Positions 38,373-49,361 of a stretch of DNA of 64,000 nt are shown in pieces. Where the stretch lies: the NCBI GenBank assembly GCA_964234715.1, contig OZ174286.1. The stretch is one strand, 5' to 3'. The DNA is from Podarcis melisellensis (lineage: Eukaryota). The notes below the pieces were generated by a model. The model was not told the DNA's origin. It saw only the letters and a program-made list of their open reading frames with translations, and ran no database searches. The translations under genes were made by a program, and so were the position numbers. Within the stretch, counting starts at the first letter, position 1. The number at the start of each line of letters is the position of its first letter.

Positions 38373-39289
38373 TTATTAAGCTGACTACTGGCGTTCTAAT
38401 CCGCTCCTCTCCCCACCCCCAAAAATGACATGGAACCTTTGTCATACTGCTTTGAGTGGAATGTATTTCCATGTTTTTGGATCATGGGTGTTAAAACGAG
38501 GCTGTTGGCAACAAAGGTTTTAGAACAAACAGCAAATTGAATATGCTTGATGTTAGTGGAAACAGTAATGGGTACCAAGATAATTTGGGGGAAAGATTTG
38601 GGGGAAGAAGTAACTCCAAAGCAGCAGAAAGCCAGTGAGATATGTGGTCAGCATACAATTGGAAGAACCCTGTGGAAATGTTGCACAGATGGAACTATGT
38701 ACAGCTAAGTCTGTCTCTCCAAACTGTTGGAAAGGATGTGGGGGGAAAGGAACTGATGTGCACTTTGGGGAGCAATGGCCACAAGCAGAGAGGTATTGGA
38801 ATAGAGTTCTATGATAAATATCTAGAATTGTAGGTCAAATGATTAGGAAAACTCCCAGACTACCGTACTTTTTGTGTTTGAAGAAGACATTACAAAAGTA
38901 AGATCCAAAGAGCTTGTATGCTTTACGTTGCCTGCAGTTACACTTTTCTTAATCAAAAACATGGGAAAGTCCTGTAAAGTTGTACATAGTTATTGGTATA
39001 ATAAGCATTAGAAACCAACAGTAACAAAGCAGCTGATTCATCAGTTATTTGTGATCACAGGGCTAGTGAAACCAGAATTGTATTTCACTGTAGGGGATTC
39101 ATTTTATTTCCTACACTACATAAAAAACTCAAGACCCTGCCCCTGGAAATACTCTTAGCAAGCAAGGTCATAAACAGACGTTACGAAGATTGGGTTTCAT
39201 TTATAGGGCAGTACTTGTGGGGTCTTCATTATAATCTGCAGTTCTTGGCGTCAGCAATAAGGGGCTGGAAAAGTATATTCTATTCTCAT

Positions 39290-39457
39290 CAGTGGCGTAG
39301 CGTGGGGGTGCAGGGGGGGCCGGCTGCACCAGGCGCAACATCTGGGGGTTAGGGTTAGGGGGCGCAAATCCACAGGTTAGGGGGCGCAAATCCACGGGTT
39401 AGGGGGTGCAAATTATATGCCTTGCCCCGGGTGCTGACAACCCATGCTACACCACTG
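39290..39457 (+). mobile_element. hAT-type MITE
   Basis: TIRs CAGTGGCGTAGCGTGGG / CCCATGCTACACCACTG; perfect 8-bp TSD ATTCTCAT. Confidence 0.88.
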
Positions 39458-41282
39458 ATTCTCATTGTAACCAATGGGGGGGGGGGAAATGTTACTTTGC
39501 TGTGGAACAGTTTGCTGTTTATAGTTTTACACTGTGAAGTTTCTTACTTAAGAACAAAAAAACAAACTGCATGAGAGCAACAGCTGGACCCAGCACAAGG
39601 GAAAGTATAAATTATGACAAGCAACCAGTCCTGATTTAGGGACACACTGTATTTCAAGATTTTGTAGCCTCCTCTGCCCAGGAACTGAAATGAACATACA
39701 CAACGCAGTGTTGTGATGTCATCAAAGTTTAACAATAGCCAAATTGAGATTAAATAATGTTCCATCACCCAAATTGTACAGATCAATTAAAGTCCACAGT
39801 GTGTTCATCAAATCTTCTGCAGGTTAATCAAGATAGTCTTCCCTGTTTTCCAGCTCCAGAGATGATCATATGGAAAGGTGTATTCTCATGTTTCAGGAAA
39901 ATTCATTTTATGGTTCCAGAACTAAGCAACATATTATCTGAAAGATCTGAAGCAACATTACAAAGAAGTAGAAATGGAAATGTGCAACATCATGGAACAA
40001 GAAAAATTGGCAGTTATGATCTGATGGCATGCTGGGATTCAGTATGAACACTGAAGATATTTACAAAGCAAACCTTTTAAGTGCCTGTGTTCAATAGGGC
40101 GCACGCCAAAGCAAGTGTGCACAAGATTACAACCTAAATTTGCACAGTTCCAGGTAGCTTAGTTGATAATTTGGACCACACCATAGACTTATTAATTGCA
40201 GTCATGTTGAAGTCACTGCCATTATTGTCACTAGCAGGAACAATCTCTGGAGAACTTTAAATATTGTTCCAGCAACTATTATCTCAGACAAGCACATCAA
40301 GTGGAGTTAATGGTTTTCTGAAACTGATCTATCCCATTGATTTTATGGTGGTGTAAAATGTGCAAAAAAATATTGAGACCTCAGCATGCAATTCATAATG
40401 GGGAATTGTTACTGAGTAGGAGATTTCTGAAATGGAGACTTGCATAAAATGTTCCTCACATAAGATTTCCCATGCAGACAGCAGCTGAGTTAACAATTTA
40501 TATAAATTTATAAATACATATTTTACATAAATTTAATAAATAGTAATGCTAATATGTCATGCTAAATCATGGTTTAGTGTAACAATTGTGTAGAGGAACA
40601 AGCTGCTGCAACCCTTCAACTTGTGTGTGACCCCCATTCCTATTCCTATTCCCATGTGTCTGGAGCAAGAATGCTCAGCCATGATTTGTCATGACAGCTG
40701 ACCATTTGATCCACAATTATTGACCCTGTTGTGACGGATGCACTGTTCACCTGAAGAGCACCACCGTTTTAGTTTAATCAGATGTTCAAGACCACTTTCC
40801 ATTTTCAAGTAACTTATGCAGCTTGAGACAGTCTAGTTTTTCTTAATTTTAATTGAGAAGAGGACAAAGAGGAACCAAATTAAGCAATTCCTCAGGCTAA
40901 TTCGCATAATCACATTGTAATTTCTACTATCAAATGATGCCTTGGCTGCAGGGTTTTGTTGTGGGGGTGAACGATCTGAGACCCATGTATTTTGTGGCTG
41001 GCCTCACAACTCCTACTCAAAACTGAAATAATGAGGTTTTTTAAACAAAACTTTGCTTGTAGGGCAACTGAATACAATGCAAGGCACAATGCTGATGAGA
41101 TCCAATCAGATCCATCTTAGTTTCCTAGATTCTCATATATATAATTTTATGCAAACTGGTATGTAGACCAGTACCTCCTATTATTCCTGACCATTGGACA
41201 TGCTGGCTGAGACTGATGAGAGTTGGAGTCTAACAACATATGTGGGGCACAGCTTCCTCAGCACTGCTTTTAGGCACCCAAA

Positions 41283-41705
41283 AATCAACCTGACTTGGTC
41301 ACGTCCACAGAATGGAAGATGGCAGGATCCTAAAGGACAAGGAGTTGGCTTCAGGCACCAGACCCACTGGCAGACCAACTCTTCTTATAAAGATGTATGC
41401 AAACATAACATGAAGGTTGACAACCCCATCATGCGGGAATCCTTTGCAGATGGCCACAGTGCCTAGAGACAGGCAGGCAGGTCATGCATCCATAGCACTG
41501 ACCAGAGGAATGACCGCTGGGAGGAGCACAGAGAGGAGAAGCACCATGGCAGCATGGCCAGACGTCTTTATCTGCCACAGCTGCAAGAAAATCTTTCTCC
41601 TACATCAGTCTCTACAGCCACAGCAGGTCCTGTAACCTTCCAATAATTTGACCCCACCGCAAAGGTGCACTCCTCCATTGTCTCCCGACACAGATGGGTG
41701 CGAAC
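41283..41705 (+). mobile_element. Degenerate RTE-clade LINE 3' fragment
   Basis: Frameshifted LGHVHRMEDGRI.KD...ELASGTRPTGRP...YKDVCK and a terminal zinc-finger-like FICHSC...LYSHSRSC. Confidence 0.7.
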
Positions 41706-42329
41706 AGCAGTAATCGATCTGCAAGATTGGCCCTAGCTAGTTCTGAAAGGACAGCTCTATAACCAAGAATACAGTTGCTGCCTCTATGTTTCAAAGAAGG
41801 CAATGGCAGTGCTCGCACATCACAACAAGTCTGGCTCATTAGGGCTTAGCATGAGCAAGCACAATGCTGGTGCATTCGGCCCAATTTATCCTGCTTTGCT
41901 GCACTCCTGGCACATGTTTCATCAGGTCCTCAAGCATAAAAAGCTTTTAGTTGATCAAAATAAACCAGTGTTTATCACAGGAACCACATGCAACTGCATA
42001 ACCCTCAAGCAGTTTTAAAGGCTAGATGGGAGTGTTGCTGTGTGCATGGCTTCTTTGCATTAATGTTACCTGATCCTCTGGTACCCCGAGCCCAGGTAAA
42101 GGCCACTGCTGCCTAAAACCAGCCCCAGAGAGTGGGTGCCAGAGCTCTACAGCTTTCCCTGGCCTGCTTTCACTCTTTGAGGATCAACAGCCAAATTTGC
42201 CCCAAATCCAGAGTCCTTCTATGTTTCCAGGAGGTCTATTAGAATAACACAAATGAGACCTATACCAAAACAACATAGAGTGCACCTGTTCAGGATTCCA
42301 GCCAGCCATGCCCTTGTCCAGGATACTCC

Positions 42330-42360
42330 ATTCCATTCATTCATTCATTCATTCATTCAT

Positions 42361-42403
<43 letters not shown>
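42330..42403. repeat. Compound microsatellite (TTCA)n(TC)n(CA)n
   Basis: Read directly from the sequence. Confidence 0.9.
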
Positions 42404-42404
<1 letters not shown>

Positions 42405-44559
42405 TATCAGTCAGTCTTTTGCTATCATGGACCACTTTGTGGGTCAGCCTCTCCTCTTAGGGGTTACGAAGCAAGTCAGACCATTGATTCATCTAGCTCA
42501 GCATTGCGTACTCTGGCTGGCAGCAGCTTTCCAGGGTTTTCAACAAGGCTGTTTCTTAGTGCTACCTTGAAGATGCCAGGGATTGAACCTGGGACGTCTG
42601 CATGCAGAACAGATGCTCTTCCCCTGTGTTTTGTGTGTGTTTATTATGTACTTCTGCAAACCTTGGACTTCCGCAAGCCTGGCAATATCCCTTTTGCAAG
42701 TGGATCATGCCATTTTGGCTACATAGTGATCCACCCTCAAGAGACTGAGTTTGCTACTTTTTCCAAAGATAAAACTTCCAACCCATCCCTCAATTAAAAA
42801 CTCCAGGATGGATTGCACTATACAGCTTGCAATGACCCTTGCACTGCATTTCCAAAGTGTCTGACACCCGGCTGGTTGTTGCCCATTTGGAAAACACTGT
42901 GCTTTGACACCTGTCAATCATTCGATGTCACTATGATGCCAGATGATTGACTGCCTCCTGCCCAAAACCAATAAAGGTTTCTCAACCTTGCTATACGCCA
43001 TAAAACATACAACCCCAGTTTCAAAGGAGTAGCAGATTTCAAAATGCCAGGATTAAAACTGCATACTTCAACGTAAGTATAGATCTATAGCTATGCAACT
43101 ATAAGTATATGCAATATTGATCCTGACATGTAGTCTGAGCAGTGCAGTGAGGCCAGTAAGAAGAATGACTGCAAACGAAGGATAGTTGCATGACTTGAGG
43201 GGTAGGATTTTCAAGCCCATAATATTGGGGAGCTCGTCTGACCCTCTATTGCTGGACTCCTGTCCACCCCAGGCAGCATGGCCAATGGTCACGGGGTGAT
43301 GGGAGTTATAGTTCAGCAACATCTGGATGATCACAGGTTCCCCCCCCCCGCCCTTAACAGAAAAAAGAACTTTCCTGAATACAGTTTCTTCCCTCATGAG
43401 GTTACTGAGATTAGACAAGATGCACCTTATTCAATTCTTTCCACCAAATTAACTGCTACAGGCCATAAGTCCTGTTCTTTCCAGATATTTTTTTCTGGAA
43501 GGGGAGGCCACAGGATAACATTTAAATGCCTCAAATGGTCTCCATCACCCTAACTGTATCTTTTGAATCCAAGACCGGTGTCATGTTGGCCTTGGGAGGA
43601 AATTCTACTTGGGCTTACTTCCAAGCAGACACACACAGCGTTGCTCTTTTCCAAGCTCAGAATGTATGATCCAAGAGACAAACGTCTGAATAGGATTCTA
43701 ATGGTCAAATGAGGTTTACGTTAGCTTCTCAAGTTAAAAGCTTTGGGCTTCTAAGAAGCTAAAAACATTATCCATGACCAAGGCTGTAATGCTATCCCTG
43801 GAAGAAAGATCCATTGGACTCAATGGGTTTTACACCTGATGAAAGGAATCAGAAGTAGATGTGTATAGATTTGCACTGGGAAACTTGCTAATGGGAAAAA
43901 TGGCCTCTCACTCACAGATTCATCTTCTTTGGAATTTCATTATCAAATTCAATATATATTGTTGTTGCATCCTGCTTACTTGGTGGGTCACCCATCTGAC
44001 TTGTTTGAGGGTGTTTTCTCTCTCCCCCACCCTCCCACCCAGTGCCTATATTTTAATTTCCCGGTTGTTTTAACCCCTTCAGCGCCTAGCCAAACCAAGG
44101 CGTTCCCAAAATAGCAGCACTTCCATTTTCCTCTCTCAGCAGCACAGCAGGTATTTGGTTTTGGAAACGCACAAAAATATGGAGGCATTTTTTCTTTATT
44201 TTTTTCTTTTTGCTGTGAAGCTGAGGCACTGCACATTTCAAAGCAGTGACAAATCCGATAAAATCCTTCTTCTTCCCGCGGGGGGGAATTAGAATAGCCA
44301 TCTTGTCCCGAGTCCCTCCCGCCAGTATAGGCTGCATCCCAGCAGAATAAGACCAACCTAAGGATGCCTCAGCCCTGGAATGACATATTTCTCTCCTGAA
44401 TGGGGGCAGGCAGCAGCGCCTCCTGAAGACTTTGGGTGCGCCCCCCGGGAATTAAAATCCACACTATTTTGCGATCTGCTCCTATCGAAAAAAATAAAAA
44501 ATAAACCCCGCAATACTCTAATAACTCCCGCCCACCAAGCCCTTGCCCGCTGATGCTCT

Positions 44560-45100
44560 TGGAACTAGACTGAAGCCCAGACCTGCCGATGGAGGGGAAG
44601 TCTCGGGTTGCACGGGAGAAGCCGAGAGGTCTTCTGCAGCCCGGAGGGAGGGGACGGGGGGGGCGATCTAGCTGCAGCATCTCCCCCCCCCCTCGTTGCT
44701 TGAAGGGCATGAGAGCGCCTGGCATCACCACCCACAGAGACCCGCGCGCACCCGCTCCGCATTTTACCTTGGCACGGTAATCCTAGCCTCGACGTGCAGC
44801 CTTCCCCCGAGGAAGGCGAGATGCTGGAGAGAGAGGGGCTGCGTCCCGGGCGGCTCCAGCTGCCCGGGAAGATGATGATGCTGCTGCTGCTGCTTCACGG
44901 CGTGAGATCTGGCGGTGCTATTGCTGTTGCTGCCGCCGCGGAGAGAAATGTGCTGCCTCACGCCGGCCTGGCTGGCTCCGCCCAGCAACCGCCGCCGCTT
45001 CCCTCCAGCCTGGGCCCTGGCACTGACATCTCCCCGGCCCGCCCCCTGCAGACTCTCGCCGGCCCCGCACTCCGCCCTAGGCCAGCGGGGAAGCGGCAGC
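44560..45100 (-). promoter_or_regulatory. CpG-island promoter of DYNC1I1
   Basis: The only extended GC- and CpG-rich stretch in the window; GC boxes (CCGCCC) at 44978-44983 and 45072-45077; no clear TATA box. Confidence 0.8.
44768..44990 (-). other. DYNC1I1: Probable non-coding exon 1 of DYNC1I1 (5' end/TSS approximate)
   Basis: Donor AAG|GTAAAA at 44768/44767 inside the CpG island; no ATG on the minus strand between 44768 and 44990; exon 2 carries only 9 nt of UTR after an acceptor, so an upstream exon is required. Confidence 0.7.
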
Positions 45101-45234
45101 TCAGAGCATGTGCTTGGCGTGCAGAAGGGCCCAGATCTAACTCCTGGCATCGCAGAGAAGGCTGGGAATGCCCCCTGTATGAAGCCCTGGAGAGTTGCTG
45201 CCAGTCCGTGTAGGCAGCACTAAGGTCAGACTTA

Positions 45235-45565
45235 AAGGTAGAGGGACCCCTGACCATTTGGTCCAGTCATGGCCGTCTGGGGTTTATTGGCCGAAGGAGC
45301 CGGTGTACAGCTTCCGGGACATGTGGCCAGCATGACTAAGCCACTTCTGGCGAACCAGAGCAGCACACGGAGACGCCGTTTACCTTCCCGCCGGAGTGGT
45401 ACCTATTTATCTACTTGCACTTTGACATGCTTTCGAACTGCTAGGTTGGCAGGAGCAGGGACCGAGCAACGGGAACTCACCCCATCGCGGGGATTCGAAC
45501 TGCCAACCTTCTGATCAGCAAGCCCTTGGCTCTGTGGTTTAACCCACAGCGCCACCCGGATCCCA
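45235..45565 (-). mobile_element. Sauria SINE immediately upstream of the DYNC1I1 promoter
   Basis: 13-bp TSD AAGGTCAGACTTA at 45222-45234 and 45566-45578; B box retained. Confidence 0.9.
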
Positions 45566-46426
45566 AAGGTCAGACTTAGGTATACAGTAAAGCAGCTTCC
45601 TATGTTCCGTTTGGGCCTAAGGCAAGAGGTGCAGGGGTGTCAACTCAATTAAAAGATTGGTGGGCAGGTAAGCCCAAGCGCATGAAATGGCGCACACGCA
45701 CCATTTGAATGACAGTGACCCTCAACTTGGGGGGGGGGGCTTGCCCTCTTAATATTTCATGGGGGGGGAGGTGAGATTGTTGGCAGCAGGCGCCTGCTGG
45801 GAACCAAGACGCACAGAAGCAAGCGCGAGAGTTTTGCGGCACCTTGTTAAAGAGCTACAGATTTATTATGAGGTAAATTGATTTCGTGGCATAAGAATCT
45901 GAGAAGGAGTGCGAAGTGTTATCGTCTGTTGTTGGCAGATAGTATTTACCAGCTGAGGAGAGAGTGTCGTGCACCTGACAAAGTCTGATTTCTTCTGCAC
46001 CCAAACAGATGCCGTGAACTGAAATCGGATGGTACCACCCACCCTTGGGTGCCACCCCCCACCCTGCTTACTGGAGTTGCGCAGCTGCAGCTTCCAAGTT
46101 CCTGTGAGATCTCATGAGAGCCACGCAAGATTGTGTGAGAGCCCTGCGTCCAATCACACAGAGGCTGCATGTGATTTTGCTGGGGTCTCAGGAAGGCTGC
46201 ACAAGGCCTCTACAAGATCTTGCCAGAACCTAGAAGCCACCACCACCACTGTTCCTTACTTCTCCCATGGTGGTGGTGGGCACCTGCAGAAGTGTCCCTT
46301 GCATTCCGCCACCTGAGGTGTCTGTCTCAGTCTGCCTCATGGATGGGCCAGCCCTGCTGAAGCAACACCAGTATTAGAAAGCCAACTCACTTCACCACAT
46401 GAGTCACTGCTGCTTTGCAGTCCCAT

Positions 46427-46829
46427 TGTCACAGTCTGGTTCACAGGCGATTGAAGTCCCGGCTGGGGATGTCAGGACCGGGGGCAAGATGGCGGGATGG
46501 GAGCAGGAACAGGAGTCCAGAAGCCAGGAGTCGGGAAGCCAAGAATCTGAGGGTCAGAGAGCTGGGAGTCAAGAAGCCGAGGGTCTGAGGGTCAAGAAGC
46601 AAGGAGTCACAAAGGCAGGGGTCCGAGAAGCAAGGAGTCAAGGAATGTATTGCTGTGGCAAAGAGCTGAAGGGAAATGCTGACCTTATATCCCTTCCCAG
46701 CTCTTGCCACCAGGTGCTGTGAGTTACCAATCAGCCTCACCTGTGAGGCTGCACCTTGCCTCTTCAGAACAAACTTAGAAAGGCCCCAGTCCTGGTCACA
46801 GGGCCTGGTTCCTGCACACACACCTGACA
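46427..46829 (-). mobile_element. Solo LTR (Gypsy-like)
   Basis: TGTCA...TGACA termini; perfect 5-bp TSD CCCAT at 46422-46426 and 46830-46834; TATA-like GATATAAGG on the minus strand (46691-46683). Confidence 0.85.
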
Positions 46830-48345
46830 CCCATGGTGTCTAGCAGCTTGAGTCAAGTGTTCTTTCTGGCAGGAAGAGGAGAAGCTCCTTCTTGGCTAAG
46901 GGATGAGCCAGGCTGCTTCTCTCCCCCTTCCCATTCTGCTCCTTCAGGGAGGCAGGAGGTGCAGCCTCCCAGGACATCCTTGGTCCCCAGGCCAACAGTG
47001 GAGGCTGGAAAGTGCTTCCCTTCTGTTCTGCATTCCCAATGGCAATTCAGACACACACACACACACACGTAACCATTTGTGCTGTTGTTTAACAAACTCA
47101 TTCTCAATGGCAGGTTGCCTTGCTCTGAATTGCAGCAGACAGATTTAGGCCACACTTTAAAAGGTAAATAATGTTACAAACATCAATAATGGAACAGGTG
47201 TGTCATTCAGTTGCCATGAGCCTGTTTTTTAAGAGGAAAATGACTTGACGCAATCCTTTGTCAAGGATGTTTCCTTGATGGCAATTAGTCAGGAGTGACA
47301 TGATTGTGATTAGCGATATTAATCTGTGATGCAAAACTGGTTGCAAAGTATTGTTGCCATGCTTGATATTCCAAGCCCTAGGGGAAAAAATAATGTGGTA
47401 GATAACAGTAGAAGAGGAAATGTGAACTCTCATTGAAAGTGTGCAAAGATTGAAATAATAATAATTTCAAGGCTGAGAGAAACGGTAAGAGCAGTATCAA
47501 CCCCTGTCAGATCTCTCTCTATAATTAAATATGTGACCTGCAATTAGATAAAAATCCACTACTGAGCATAAGCTAGAAATTATTTTAGGGGATAATATCT
47601 GCCAAGTAGCACTGGTTTGGTTGCTTGGAAATTCCTGGTAAGATAAGCTCCAAATGTTTCTACTTACCAGGGACAGGCTCATAAATTCATGCACACCAAG
47701 TACTTAAGGCTTCATATTGTGAACAGCCCATCACTTCACAGACTGCAGAGGAGTGCTTTGAACTAGAGTTGTGTGTTGGATTTGGACAAATCCTGAAAAA
47801 TTGATGCAGGGTGCTTCAAGGAGACTTGGGATCTCTACATGGCAAAACAGGATCCAAACAAAGCAAATTTGAGTCCAAGCAGAGTATTTGTAGTGCTTCG
47901 TAGCAACTTGGCAATTGAGACATTAAAAAACAAACATGTATACAAATGTTTGTGAAAAGTGAAACTATGTCTCTAAGGTTAATACCAGGATGCGGGAGAA
48001 GGAGGGAGAGGGATCAGCCATCTTCCCATTAGTTGCCAGGACAGGGAAGCTGTGGACCTTCAGATATTGTTGAATTATAATTCCCATCATCCCTGACCAT
48101 TGACCAGGTTCTATGCCATAGCCAGCTCTTTATTTGACCTCCTGGGTCATCTAAAAGGAAAGGCTATGATGTAAATATTATATTGTCAAATTTTATTTTA
48201 TTATTTATGCAAAGCCCTTCCAAGGCTGCATACAAACATAATTGAAACAATATCAAACCAAGTTTAAATTGCACTGATAGCTCAGGGAATCTTTAACCAA
48301 AAATTATGAGTTGATTACAATTACAATTTCAATTTCTACCAGATA

Positions 48346-48568
48346 CAGTGGTACCTCAGGTTACATACGCTTCAGGTTACAGACTTCACTAACCCAGAAA
48401 TAATACCCTGGGTTAAGAACTTTGCTTCAGGATGAGAACAGAAATTGTGCTCCGGCGGCATGGCGGCAGCAGGAGGCCCCATTAGCTAAGGTGGTGCTTC
48501 AGGTTAAGAACAGTTTCAGGTTAAGAACGGACCTCCAGAACTTAAGTACTTAACCTGAGGTACCACTG
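48346..48568 (+). mobile_element. Tc1/mariner-type MITE (same family)
   Basis: TIRs CAGTGGTACCTCAGGTTA / TAACCTGAGGTACCACTG; TA flanks. Confidence 0.9.
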
Positions 48569-49329
48569 TATGTAGAAATCCACCATGTTGGGCATTCAAA
48601 CACCAACACAGCCCTGATGTTGTGTTGTACACAACTTTAGACTCTAGCTGGTGTTCTCCCCATCCCTGAATTTGATGAATGCCTCCCAAAGGAGATCAAT
48701 TTGTCAGTCACAGTATTGCAATTTTCCAGTTTCCTGCAATGAACCAAGGAGGACATAACACCTGACTACTTCCAACACAACTGCAGTTCAGCAGGTTCGT
48801 TTCTCCACCTGAGACAGAGCAGTAGCAGCGTCACCCCACACTCTGCCACCCTGTGCCCTGCTGCACTGCCAGCAGCTACTTACCACAGATGCCACCGTGG
48901 CATACAGAAGTTGCTCCAAGTCTGACAAGACTTCCCCAAACCTGCCAGTAAAACCTCTCAAGGCTTTGGCAAAACCTTCCAGCATTTGCAGACTTAACAG
49001 ATGTGGCTGCTGCACTTAAAATGAGAGAGATAAAGAAACTCATCAGGAAAGCTCCCCACAGGCCCAGCAGGCAGCTGGCATCACTGTGAAATATACCCAG
49101 CAGGTGGAGTGTCTGGGCAAGAGGCTGCAGATGGCAGGGGCTGGTGCAGTGACGGCAGCTGGCAGATGCGGCTGGGCAGTTGCAGGGACTCAGGAAAGCA
49201 ATATGGGCTGCATTTGTTTGGCCATCTCTTCCCATTCACAGTCTGTGATAAGAGATTCTGTGTGCCTCACAACAGGGCTAGGCCTGTAGTTCAGTGTTCC
49301 CTCATTCATATTCCCTCTCTTCCCCCCCC

Positions 49330-49361
<32 letters not shown>

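Noticed and set aside
44764-45150. 128-aa minus-strand ORF across exon 1 as a possible N-terminal extension
   Set aside because: After splicing (CCA AG|G GAA TCA CCA TGT) it is out of frame with the DYNC1I1 ATG, and its start lies in SINE sequence upstream of the likely TSS.
44794-45213. 139-aa plus-strand ORF with a signal-peptide-like MMMLLLLLH
   Set aside because: Antisense to exon 1 in a stop-poor CpG island; the hydrophobic run comes from the triplet repeat and the C-terminus runs into a SINE.
48618-49274. TGTTGTG...CACAACA bounded segment as a solo LTR (similar degraded pieces near 24440-24710, 51060-51540 and 56449-56620)
   Set aside because: No matching TSD; too degraded to call boundaries.
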